The notes beneath the pieces were generated by a model. The model was not told where the DNA came from. It made no database searches and saw nothing but the letters and a program-made list of their open reading frames with translations. Source: Adineta vaga (Eukaryota; Animalia; Rotifera). Taken from it: 64,000 nucleotides of DNA. The DNA lies in the NCBI GenBank assembly GCA_021613535.1, contig CP075495.1:6634001-6698000 (forward strand), in the 5' to 3' direction. Of this stretch, positions 1-13,113 are shown one piece after another; position 1 is the first letter of the stretch; each line of letters starts with the position of its first letter. The translations under genes were made by a program, and so were the position numbers.

Positions 1-1087
1 TACATATGATACAATTCTTTAAATGCGGAAAAAACCTTTACCCTATGTCTTTTTTTCTTTTCTATGATAAGTATCTTTAATAAGGCAAACGGTTTTGAAT
101 CATATTAGAAGTTATTCATGCTTTGAAAATATCACACTTGTTTCATTGAAGTTATTTCCTCTTATGTAATAACCATAATTTTGTTCATGAAAATAGATAA
201 AAGCTTGACCTTACGAGAAAAAGAATAACATTGTATGTCAAGGAAAATCAAGTTATGATTTTCTTTTACAGAGATTGAATTCAGTTAGTGTAAATGTAAA
301 TTAATCAAAATATTTCAAAATTTGTGTAAACGTAGTTACAACCGAAAATTTCCGTAAAAGTTTCTTTTACTTGATTTCGTGATGGTTGGATGGCGCTCGT
401 TGACTTTCGTGAAATTTCTCGTTTAAGTGTGAAACATACTTTGACTTATGTAATTCGACCCGATCTATTCAACCATTACAAAAGAGAAATATGTATATAT
501 CTTGTTGATACGAAAATTTTCGTTTAACCTGTATCTCTGAGCTATGACACGAAAGGTTTATTCGAGAAAAATACATGTCATGTATTGCATTAATTACGTT
601 AGAATGAAAGTGAAAATAATAGACATGTAAGATAGTATATTAATAAGTATTTTATATAAAAGAAACAATTTGTATTAGAAAAGAAAGGTTACAGTATTGT
701 AAAATTGCTAGTACGGGTCGTTGGTTTTCGGCAAGGTTATGTATAGATCGATATTTCAATGACTTATGCCTTCGAAGTTCAGAGTACTACGTATGACTTT
801 TCAACAAAAAAAATCAACAATGAAATTTTTTAATAAAATATATTGAAATATAAAATATGACATTTTTAAGCAATAAAATATTGAATAAATTATTCCTACT
901 CATAAATAAATGTCATTCTATCATGATTGTATAAATGAGGAAATACTTCACATTGTTATCGTGATGTTATTGACATCCAGATGTTATGGCTTTTCATCAG
1001 TAATCTAATACGTAATTATGTTTTGTTCAGATAGAATCTATTCTGTACAGGAATATTGAAGGAATGTGATTTTTCTCCTCTTTTTAG

Positions 1088-2926
1088 AGCAAAGCCGTCG
1101 AGATGATATGGAGTCGCTTGGTTATGTGCTGATGTATTTCAATCGTGGTAGTCTTCCTGTATGAATGAATGATTAAATACATTTTTTCCATCTAATTAAA
1201 ACTATGGTTTCTCTTCTAGTGGCAAGGTTTAAAAGCTGCAACGAAACGACAAAAATACGAACGTATAAGTGAAAAGAAAATGTCAACACCAATTGAAGAA
1301 TTATGTAAAGGATTTCCTGGTAAATAACGTATTTACTCGGTAATTGAAACTGGTCGTTATTTTGTATGTTTTATTTTAGCTGAATTTACTACCTATCTTT
1401 CTTACTGTCGCTCGTTACGTTTTGATGATAAACCAGATTATTCGTATGTTTTAACTGAAAAAATTTTCATTTTAAATTTATTTCCTTTCTTCTATTAGCT
1501 ATTTACGACAATTGTTTCGTAATTTATTTCATCGTCAAGGTTTTACCTATGATTATATTTTCGATTGGAATATGCTCAAATTTGTATGAAATATCATTTA
1601 TTTTGTTTTGTTTTTAGTTAATCATATTATATTCTTATTTTAGAGTGGACAACGATTTGATACGAACAGTGCTAATGAAGGTTCAGCTAATAAACTTGAA
1701 ACAAATGGTTTTTCAGCACCACCACAAGGGCCTCAGCCAATGTATAATAACAATCAAGGTGAGTTCAAATCGATGAAAATATTCTTTTCTTTTTCGAGAA
1801 GACATTTTCTTCTTCATATCTTAAAACTGATATTAAAAGTAAATTTTCCTAATAAGAATAGAAAGTCTCGATATAAATGGTCGACCCACCTTCGGTCCAT
1901 CGTTAAGTATAAATGATGATAATGGATATGTGACTAACAAAAAACTCGATAATGACGATAATGGGCATATGACTAACAACAAAAGTGATGATGATGATGA
2001 TGAAGATGATAAAAAAGTGTACCGTTCATCTTCATATGCTCATGATGCAAGAAAACTTTATAAATCATCATCCAATATCAATGATGTTAGTAAACTTTAC
2101 AAATCACCATCTCATCTTCATGATCGACGCAAACTTCATAAATCATCATCGAATCTCAATGATCATAGTAAAAATTCCAGTTTGGCCTATGAACAATACA
2201 CTAAAACGCCATCCAGTTCCAATGTTTTTAGCCGTCTTATGCATAGTGAGCCGCATGTTCAAATAAACGCAAATACTCATCAACAATAAACAGCTGCTTT
2301 TTTACTATTACATTCTCTTTTTTTCTCTGTCTTACCGCTGCTCTCGTCGCATTGGTTTTTATTCAAGGAATCTAATATTCTCTCTAACTGATCAATAACA
2401 TTTCTGAACTAGATGAATACTTGCACATACATAGATATACAGATATATTTTTGATTTTGAATATATATTTTCTATTTTCTTTAGACTTTAATGAGACTCA
2501 ACCATCATTGATCAAATCCAGAATGAAATAATTATAATTAGAATATTAAAAAAAGATACAGAAAGAGAGAAAAAGAGAGAGAGGTAGTGATATTGAATAT
2601 TTTATGTGTGTAAAAGCTCTCCTTCGATGATACACATCACTTATAGACACACATTACTTACACGCCTTATGCCTTCTTCAATGCTTTTCATTCATTTTCT
2701 ATCTCTTTTCTTTCGATTCGCTTTATTGCTCTTAAATTTGAATTTCTTAAGAAACAACAGTTCGATTAATAATCATGTAATTTATTTGATTTTAGGTGTA
2801 TATCGACGAACTCCTAAAGATGTCAATCAAATACAATTGTCACATTCGGCATCCAATAATTCCAAACAACAACTACCACCCAATGGTACAGATCGGTCAT
2901 CATCAGCACGTGCCACTAAAAAATAA
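1088..2926 (+). CDS. CSNK1D/E: Casein kinase I delta/epsilon, 3' half (5' exons not found in this window); two candidate alternative last exons (1862-2289 and 2796-2926)
   Basis: Exons 1088-1158, 1220-1319, 1380-1443, 1499-1583, 1644-1758 splice to [56 protein letters not shown]...[28 protein letters not shown], the delta/epsilon-type kinase C-lobe. Confidence 0.95.
1912..2172 (+). repeat. Degenerate 39-bp (13-aa) coding tandem repeats in the CK1 proximal last exon
   Basis: [13 protein letters not shown] / [13 protein letters not shown], then [13 protein letters not shown] / [13 protein letters not shown] / [13 protein letters not shown] / [13 protein letters not shown]. Confidence 0.8.
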
Positions 2927-5361
2927 TGACGTGCTTTAGTTTGTCTTTTTTTCTGTATCCTTTCTTTTTCTCTTTTTCTGTGTACAGCGCTTGTTCTACA
3001 TTATTTCTTTCTCTTTCCGCGTTTTTTGTCTCATTTTCTTGAACTTGTCTTTTATAAAAAACAAATGAAACAGAAAACGAAAAAAAACCCACTTCGATCA
3101 TCTTTCGGTAAATTGTATGTTTCTATCAATGAGAACAAAAGGAATTTTTATCCTTGCGTGCGCGCGACGATCTGTGAACAGTGTGTGCATAGTCGATCGC
3201 AGTTCTTCTTTCTCTCTCTTCTATTCATTCGATTGTTTTGACAATCAGCATCGATTTTCTTCCATCAATCATTTTCTTGTGTGAATATAAACGCACACAT
3301 TTTACTTTTTTCTTGTTTTCTTTTCAATTTTTTGCAGGCACACTCACACACTCATTTACATATATATATATATATATACAAATACATTATATTCATCTTT
3401 GTTCTCGAATTTTTCTTCTTTTCGATATCTAATTGTTGTACTGCTGATGCTGATCGTCGTCCTTTCTTTTTTTGTGTCCTTTTCTGTTTCTTTATGTGTG
3501 CAATCGAAGTTACACAAACCAACAAAATATTATTCGTTTCTTTCTTTTTCTTCTCTTTTCTTTTGATTTAAAAGATCACATTCATGATGTCAGAAATAAA
3601 AGAAAACAATATATACATAAATAGAGATTTCTGTTATAGTTCTTATAGATAACAGACAAACTCTTGCATGACAATATCCTATGTCATTGTGTGACACGTT
3701 TTCTAGACAGAATGATATATGACATAAATGCATTGATTTATTCATTAATATCTATTTTTGAGATGAATTGATATAGAATATCATGTTTAAAAAAAACATT
3801 CCTTGTTTAGTAATGAAATAAGAAATCAATTGAAAATGAATTCATATTCTCTAAATGTAAACATATTAATACGAAACCATCGAATCAAGAGTATTTCATA
3901 TATGTATTCAATTAATTGAAGTTTTGTTTAGGAAATTTGTAATAGATATGATATTGTAAATAAAGTTTTTTTCAGTCGCAATTCATCAGCATTACCTTGA
4001 AAAAAGAAACTTGTACATGCATCATGATCAATTTTTTACGTTCTTACCGATTTGTATAGATAGTTTTTACACTTCGTTTGCCGGTATTTTGACTCATGAT
4101 CACACGTCATTAAACGGTTTTTTCATGATCAATTTGTGTGAAATACTAATGTTTGTTATTGTTTTCTCTTCTTATATTCAACGATATAAATATACAACTT
4201 TTTCGGTGAACATTCTTATGTTTTACAATTACATACGTGATTTTGATTATTTTATAAACAAATCATTTCTTTTACATTTTTTTTAAAATGAGTTTTTGGT
4301 ATGGTATTGAACGGTATGTATTGATCACAGTTTGAAATCGAATTATATTTTGTTTATACGCTTCGTTTTTCTGCAGAACATACAATCAATTTCATCGATT
4401 CACACATCAATGGAAAAATCGTCATTTTTCTCAAGCGAATCATTACTATAATCAGTATCACTATCAATACTAACGAATGATTTTTAAAGTGAAAAGAAAT
4501 TTGTTTTTAACAAATGTACACTTCATTACTCGTTTTTACGGAAATAAAGATGTCATGATATGACTTAATGTTACGTTTATTGATATTAAATCATATGTAC
4601 ATACATCAGGCGGCTTTTCAACGTGATTTTGATAAATGTACTCTAAGATACAAGAGATATTTTTATTGTTTTGAAAACAAAATGAGTGATGAAATTTGTG
4701 CCATTTTGACAGATCAATGTATATAGTTTTCATTTAACTTTGATGACATAAGTTGACGAGATTATGATCGTAAAGAAATTGAATGCATAATTAAATAGTA
4801 TTTCTATCATTTTAAGTAAAAAAAACTTCTGTTACATGTCATCAATCAATTTATTATTAGAAGAACGTGAATAGAATATTTGAAAGAAGAGTATTTTGAA
4901 CACGAACTTATATGAACAATATAAAAGGAATCAACTACATGGAAACAAATTGAAGTTGTGATTTAAATGCACACAATACATCAATGAAATACAAAGCAGC
5001 ATCATGTTTATGTATGGTATAAATATATTTAAAAAATGATATTGAGAAAATCAAAAACATTCTTTCTGGAATACTTTGAGATGACTTTCGAATTATTTAT
5101 GAATGTTAGTGTTATTCTTATGGAAAATAACAAAACAAAGAAATATTTGTAGACAGATGAATCATTTTGAAGTTACATATGGATGGATTTACGAACGAAC
5201 TGACTGAAAATGGACGCCACGTGCTAAATGAATAATAGAAAGAGAGAGGAAGAAAACGAATGAAGATGGTAAAGAAATCTGTTCGTTCATACAATCCAGT
5301 TCGAGTGGACAAGACAAGAGCACAACAACGACAAGAATTAAAGCAAAAAAAATAGTTAACA

Positions 5362-6613
5362 ATGTATGCACGAGGACGAAATAGTGAGTTATTTTGCTTT
5401 ATTTAAAAAAAATTATTCTATTGATATTTATAGACATCAGTATACAATCACAATATAGTGAAGATGAACACGAAGAGTAAATTCAATATATAATGAAATC
5501 AATAAAACGAATTTTTCTTTTATAGATCATCGACTTCAGGCTTTACTTTGGTAATGTTGATTGTACACAATCTAGATCATATGATGCAACCACATGAATG
5601 GGAAACATTATTAACACGAGAAATTCATGGTGCTAGAGTATGTTAGCTGAATATTTTTGTTATCAAAATATATGTGAATATGTTTAGATTTTGGGTGTAT
5701 CTGTTGTTCGTGAACAATCATCTTCGCGTCCGTGGGGCGAAGGAGAATTAACGGCATATATATTTACTCGACATGATGCACCACTTATTCGACAATATCT
5801 ACATAATCGACGTCTCGGTTTTCGACGTTTACATGTGGATGCTGTTGCTAGTGAAGGTGGAATTGAAGTGTTTCTTGTGTATGCATTAAAGAATGATAAA
5901 TAGTATTAATATGCATCAATGAATCTTTGTTTTCTCTCTGTTTTAGTCACAAAATTCTTCAATTACTGAAATTAAATCCACAAATGTCTGACGTAGCAGT
6001 TGAACAACGTATTAGCAGTTTCTTCCGACGGTTTGTTATTGATGACTTTTCTTTATACAAATGAATATTTGCTTCATTTTTCTTGTAGTATTCCACCATC
6101 CATACGTCCTCGTGATTATGATCGTACAGCTGTTATGCGTTTAATCAATGAATGTATGGGTTTACCAGCTTCTCCGCCCGTAACCAGTGAAGAGAGTGAA
6201 GTCGATGGAGATTCACCTCCTTCGCGTACTTCAACTACCACCGTTCCTCTTCCACCACCACCGCCACCACCAACGGTTTCAATACCAGTACAATCACAAT
6301 CGACGTTAACTCCACAACAACAACAGCTACCACCGCCACCGCCGCCGCAGCAACAATCTCAAATCCAAATTCCAACCCAAATACCTCAGCAACAACAAGA
6401 ACAACCAGTCTTCAATCCTCAATTAATAACAATCGATGAACGTACATTACAATTACATTTTACTCCACTTTATTTTGGTAGAAAAATACAACTAAATTAT
6501 CGTTTTAAAAACTGATCTTTATTTTATTTTCATATTTAGATCTGTTGGATGCTATGGCTAATATAAAAAATAACAATGAATATCTACAATTAACAAATAC
6601 TGGACTTTTCTAA
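5362..6613 (+). CDS. Small RRM-like protein resembling the second RRM of MARF1/Limkain-b1, with Pro/Gln-rich tail (6 exons)
   Basis: Phase-consistent GT-AG splicing gives MYARGRN...LIVHNLDHMMQPHEWETLLTREIHGARILGVSV...LHNRRLGFRRLHVDAV...poly-P/Q...LTNTGLF*. Family call is from remembered motif similarity. Confidence 0.65.
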
Positions 6614-8152
6614 CTAAGAGAAGAGTTTTTATACTTGATTTTTTCAAAATATTTATCTAAACATGGTCATCAGATTCTTTTTCTTCTTTGATTGACTATA
6701 TCACGTATGTATGCCATGCAATACTGTCCTCTTCTTCTTCTTCTTTCTTTTTTCTTCGTTGTTGTTGCAGTATATTTTATGGTGTATTAGTCAGATAAGC
6801 ATTTAGTCGTTGTTGTGATATGGCATTGTCTCATCTTCTTTTTCACTTTTTATTTTTATTTTTGGCTAAATCTTTTTTATAATCAAACATAAACATCACT
6901 GATACAGAGATAATTTTAACTAATGTCTGAAATTGATTCTCAAATGATATGAACGAGATTGTACCTTAATCCTATGAAATTAAATCATGTGGTACAAATG
7001 CTTTGAGTAAGTCCTAATGATCTTACAATAGCAAAGTCTATTTTTTTCATTTTAAAAGAATGTACTCTCAAATTTCATCCGAAATACAGTTAACTACTTG
7101 TAATCTTACAATATATTTAAAAAGAAACCTTTCAAGTTTTCAGTAGATATTTGTTATTCATTCGAGATATAATTTTATTTCTAACAAAATTGACATTATA
7201 TAACCATGATTTACTTCATTTTCGATTCTTTGTTTTATTTGTCACAAAAATATATTCAAATAAAAATAGAACAATCTTATCAGTGCTCTTGTTAAAACAA
7301 CAAAATGAGTCAATACACATGTAATATCAATTATATAATCAGTAAGAATGAATTATATTTTAAATACTAACATCTGCCAATAGATTTCATAAGAAACTGA
7401 AGTAAATCTATTATAATCTCGAACTTTTCGCTTTATTGAAAGATAAGAAAGAGTAACGATTTTATTAGACATGTAAAAAAAAGTACATCCGACGACTTGA
7501 TATCAACGACACCTATTATGCGCAACTTATTCATCGAGATCTCTATATTTGTAAAAGATATTGAATAATAAAAGGTATTAAGGAATAAGAGAGATGAATT
7601 TATATACAAATATATTTATATATTCAGTTGAATAACGAAAATACTACTCACTCGTCGTATTGTTTGATATCATTGTCTCTAAAAATTATCCAATCAGTTT
7701 TACTACGCTGTACTCTTTGAAACAGTGCTTCGATGTTCGAACTGTAGGTGTACACAGCATAAACAAAATGTACAGAATATATATCTATTTCGTCTTAGTT
7801 ACACGCTATTTTAAACAAGACTTTTTGCTAGTCTTTTGTGGAAGGAGTTATTTTGAGAAAAATTCATGCCTACATCGTATTCTATTTCTTTAAAAGATAC
7901 AAACTCAAATAAATGATGAAAGAGTATTGTTATGTAATATGTTTTATTTTTCAATGATCTTACTTTTTTTTTCTTCATTCCACTTTATTATCTTTGACAA
8001 CATTTCTAGATATAAATCTTTATAACATCTACAAATACATTATTAAGAGTAAAACAGTAGACTGCCGTTGCCATAACGATCTCAATATTGATGTTTTCAG
8101 TGACTAATCTAACATTGAACGAAAAATATTTACATTAAATACAAAAATAGAT

Positions 8153-8941
8153 ATGCAAATAGACGATTATTTTCACTCAACAGATGTTTATCCATATCGA
8201 CCAATTAAACCAATATGGATGATTTTTTTCATGAGTTGGTCATTTATATTCTTTTTTTTTGTTAACAAAAAAACAAAATCCACGTATAAAACTGATTGGT
8301 TAAAACAAAATACTTTACTTAGCTTTATTCATTCGACAATCTGTTCAATATTGATCATTATTGCTGTTATACGCGCACCGGAAATGTTCAATGATCCATT
8401 GTCACATTCCAATTTTTTTAATTATTCATTAATTGCATTTAGTATTGGCTATTTTCTCTGGGATTTTTATGATTGTTTAAAAAATTCAGTTTCATCTATT
8501 GTTCCTATTCTTTTTCATCATATTGTTGTCATTACATTTCTATCTCATGTTCTTCTTCGTACACGTAATGTTGGTTATGCACTCTATGCTCTTTCACTTG
8601 AAATTAACAGTGTATTTTTACATGCTAGACGACTTCTACGTTGGTATTCGTCAAATTTTCAACAAGTTAAACTTCTACAATTCTTTATTGACGTTGGAAA
8701 TTATATAACATTTATTATATTTCGTTTTGGCATTGTTTTTATTGCATTACGTACATTATTTTTGCAACGAAATCGATTTGAACCATTTATATATCTATTT
8801 ACTGTCTTATGTGTGTGTGCAATTGGAATATTAAATGTTGTCTTATTCTATCGTTTATTGAAAAATCAAGTTAGTCCAAAGACAAAATCTAACGAGAAGA
8901 AATCCATGACTGACGATGATATTCTAATGCCAAGCAAATAA
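8153..8941 (+). CDS. TLC (TRAM/LAG1/CLN8) domain membrane protein, TLCD1/2-like, intronless
   Basis: 262-aa hydrophobic ORF with SFIHS, FSIGYFLWD, HH, LEINSVFLHAR and FR motifs typical of TLC domains. Confidence 0.88.
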   Translation: MQIDDYFHSTDVYPYRPIKPIWMIFFMSWSFIFFFFVNKKTKSTYKTDWLKQNTLLSFIHSTICSILIIIAVIRAPEMFNDPLSHSNFFNYSLIAFSIGYFLWDFYDCLKNSVSSIVPILFHHIVVITFLSHVLLRTRNVGYALYALSLEINSVFLHARRLLRWYSSNFQQVKLLQFFIDVGNYITFIIFRFGIVFIALRTLFLQRNRFEPFIYLFTVLCVCAIGILNVVLFYRLLKNQVSPKTKSNEKKSMTDDDILMPSK

Positions 8942-9870
8942 ATTAAATGCAAACAAAAAGAACAATAGTATATGAAAAGAGAAAGTCCGATGTTTCAAGA
9001 TGAAACACAAGTTTAAACGTTGTGAATATCATGAATCGAAAGAACAGTGTGCATTCATTTGTTTTTCTCAATTTTATATAAAGATTGAATTCTATTCGTT
9101 CAAGAAAAAGATCAAACGTTATTCTATTGAACATATTTGAGACGTAATTGCCTGATGATTAAGTTTTCTTTATTCGAATTTGATTTTCCGAAAATTCATA
9201 GTAATAAATCATTGGAATGCTTTTTAAATAACTTCGAAAAAACAAAAGAGGATTTCAATTGAATAAATCATATTGTAGATATGAAAAAGGAGTTAATTGT
9301 CTCATCGTAATTACATTCTAATACGAAAAGAAAAGGAGAGAGAGAGAGAGAAACGTTTGATTAGTCAATTGTCAAGAATTCAAATTCAAATTGAAAGATC
9401 GACTCCCATTGGAAAACTCGTTTAATCATAAGATGATAAGTGCTAAATGACAGAGTGATCAAATCAATTTCTTTTCTTCTTCTTCGTCTTTCTTTTTTTT
9501 TTGGTTCGTTTCATGTCATAAAAAATTAATGATGACAAATCAAAAAGACAAACTATAGAGATGTTCTCTAAACATTTCTTTTCTTTTTTTTTCACAGTTT
9601 GATGTTAGTCGTTGTTGATCTCTCTAGAGAAGAAAAGACAATATCTGATTGATTAGATCGAATGCATTCTTTTTTTTTGGCACACTGTCTTTAATTTGAT
9701 CGGCCATGTTGCTTTAATTTGTTAAATATGCTCACCACATTCTGTCATCTTATTTATCCGAAATGAGAAAAAAAAGAGAGCGAGAAATAAGCAAATATAA
9801 ATTGATTACTAACGACAATAAGTCAAACATTGTCGTCATTTAACAAGACAATAAAAGAATAGAAAATCAT

Positions 9871-11225
9871 ATGGATCATTCACATACAAATTACTTTCTA
9901 CCTTTTGATGCTGCCTCGTACTTTGATTCAGCAGCGGCGGCAGCAGCAGCAACGTATAATCCATATACAGATTTTTATTCACACCCACAATCAACAACAA
10001 GTTCATCATCAACAGCTACTTCCTATCATCAAATGTATCGAACAACGCCAACAACTTTACGGCATCCATCAAGTTTCTATTCAGCTACAATGCAAAGTTC
10101 GTAAATTTAAATTCATCTTTCTTTTATCTAAAGAAAACATATGTTTAGGTCTCCAGTCATCTTATAAAATATTTGGCACATCACAAAATGATTCCAATCC
10201 GACATCATTTCTTGCATCATCAACAACTCCAACTGCATTTTTACATGATAATAAACGAAAACAACGACGAATTCGAACAACATTTACTAGTTTACAATTG
10301 AGAGAATTGGAAAAATGTTTTCAACAGGTAAGCATAAACAAATTTTCTTGTTTCCTATTCAATGTATTGATTTCGATAGAAAAGAAACATGCTTCGAGTC
10401 GTCTCAATAGTTCTTATAGTAATGTGAAGTATTTAAACAGACAACGATTGTGAGATAGATAGGAAAATATTATGATGGATGCAGAAGAAGTGATTCAATT
10501 GTAGGAATTGTTATGATTGAATTGAGATATGAATTTGTTGAATGTTCTTAATGACAAATGATTTGTATCAAAGAAAAGTTACTTTAAAATCTACTATATA
10601 TGTTTTATCTTTCTATTCATAGACTCATTATCCAGATGTTTATCTACGTGAAGAGATTTCACTTCGTATCGATTTAACTGAAGCACGAGTTCAGGTAAAT
10701 CAGATTGATTTCTATTCTCAATTTCTAAGAAATATAAATTCTAGGTTTGGTTTCAAAATCGTCGAGCAAAATGGCGTAAACAAGAACGACAGAAGCAATC
10801 AGTTAAAACAAAGAATACGAATACATCATCAAAAAGCAATAAGATTGCAATAGTTGATACAAAAAAGCAACGTATGTATATTGATCATCAAATATGACTT
10901 TCTTTAATTCATTACATTCTTATCACAAATTGCAATGCATTTTTCTCCTCTCTGATTTAAATAATTTGAAATATATCATATATCGAGACGTCGTTGTTTT
11001 CTTGTTGAACAAGATAATTAAAATTTGTTGTCTAGTCAATGATAGATGTAGTCAACATACTATTTGATTTTCTTCATAGATAAAGATCTTCCAAATCGAT
11101 ATCCTCCTATTGTTAATAACGATGAAGAAACCAAGCATTCAACTTGTTTTAATGAACAAACTACAACACCAACAGCATCAACAATGGTTTATACATCACC
11201 TGATATAAAATATAATTCATTTTAA
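9871..11225 (+). CDS. Phox2: Paired-like (Q50) homeobox protein Phox2 (5 exons)
   Basis: Homeodomain [24 protein letters not shown]|[24 protein letters not shown]|[15 protein letters not shown], with the PRD-class intron between codons 46 and 47. Exons about 9871-10100, 10150-10327, 10623-10694, 10745-10871, 11080-11225. Confidence 0.92.
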
Positions 11226-13113
11226 TAATAATGAATAAAAAAAGAACGCAACATTTCTTTTAAGTACTCATTGTATTTCTAGTCTATCAATATTTGTTTA
11301 AATTGTCTTCCTTTTTTTTTCTAAATGTTGTAATTGATATTTTATATTGAATGAAAAGAAAATATTCATTTCATCTTAAAGAAATTGAAAAAAAAGCGAA
11401 AGACTAGTTTGATAAAATCTTTCATATCGTTAGTCCGATCAATATTATTTCGAATAAGAGGTGACATAGTATGAAGAACGAATATGATAGTAACAATGTG
11501 AACATTTACAATATCATACTTATTTATCTTTCTTTCTTATGAAAAGATAGAAAGAGAAGAATTCATTGTATTATTATCGTTTTCATTATCATTTTGTTAA
11601 ACTTGTTTGAGTGCAAGACAGAGATATTCAAATTTTCTAACTTGAAGGTAAAGGAATACTTCAAGATTGAAAAAGAGAGAGAGAGAGAGACAGAAAGAAA
11701 GAAAATAAATTATTGTCCATTATATAAGCATTTTCCTTTCAATAGCGCAATCAAAGCAAATTATAACCAGAAAAGAGTCCTCGTTGTTCTACCTGACATA
11801 TCTGACCATGAAAAAAAATCGCATCCTAGTTCGTCCTGTACACGTATAATAAAAGGTAACAAAATCAATGAACGAAGACAAATGAATGAAAGAAAAAAAT
11901 TAAAGAATGTATGGTTCACATGAGCAAGGATGTTTGCTTATTGATAAATACGAACTATATAGATAGAACAAATAACGATCGATCTGTCATCATAATCCAT
12001 TGTGTTTGATGACAATAATTTGAATGCATCATCTATTTTTTATCAGTCTTTGTTTTATGTTATACGATTTCGTTTAATTTCATCATCATTGTATATACAT
12101 TGTCTCTCTCGTTTCTTTATTTGACAACAGCTAGTTTATGAAAGATATTTATCATATTATATGACAATGTAGGTCTGCTTTAATTTGCATACATATATAT
12201 TTAGATATTCATAAATCTCTAGATGAATAAGAGACTAACAGTGACGGAAAGAGGTCTTTTTCGGTCAAGAGTATGTCTATCTTATATTGATTTGAAGGCA
12301 AACATTCAATAAGGACATGTCATAATTAGAGTATACTGATGTCTAGGTTTTTTTCTTCATTTTAGTTGCATTTCATTCCCATGTCCGAAGCTTGTAATAG
12401 TCGACGAAGGGAAGTACCTGTTAAATGTCATAGCAAGTACGAAAGAGAAAGAGAGAGAGAGAAATAGAGAAAGAAAGAATATGAACGAAGGTGTTCGCTA
12501 TGCATATCAAAATATATTTTTATATGCACATACATATGAGGTGTTGAAATAGGACAAAAAGAAAAAGAGAAGAATGAATAAACTCTTGGTATATTTCTAT
12601 ATATATATCTATATACATAGGTATATACATACATACATGCATACACATATATATGTAGACACATATTCTAACTGTTGAATTCCATTCTTTTGATAATGCA
12701 TATTTAAATCAGTTAGAGTTAGTCAGGTTTGCTTTTTGTATACAAATATGTGTATACAGTATTTCAATTTGTAATCAAAATTTTACTCTATTATTTTTAT
12801 ATGATGTTTTTTTTTAATTTAGACGTTATTTATTTATCTTAATATCATTAACTTGACAGTACCAACAATAAGATTAACAAAAGAAATAAATATACATATA
12901 AGCGTCTCAACAAAAGTGATAAATGAAGGATCATTTATATAATATTAACTAACGAATATAAGCATGAAAGGAGAAAAAATACAGTATAATGAACAAGTCA
13001 AATATATGATATAACCTTATTAATACATTGTCGTTCTATTGAATATATAAATATACATTCGTATATAATAATTCATCTGAACGACGTTTGACAAGATATA
13101 TTCATCAATAAAT

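Noticed and set aside
300-800. Slightly GC-richer stretch in the CK1 intron as a transposon relic
   Set aside because: No terminal repeats, target-site duplication or transposase ORF could be identified by eye.
2916-4733. Short Phe/Ile/Lys-rich ORFs here and in 11594-12664, 38489-41724, 51300-54178
   Set aside because: Compositional artefacts of AT-rich UTR/intergenic DNA and microsatellites; no domains or splice-consistent structure.
9290-9810. TAAT-rich motifs upstream of Phox2 as autoregulatory sites
   Set aside because: TAAT is too frequent at this AT content and I found no clean TAATnnnATTA palindrome.
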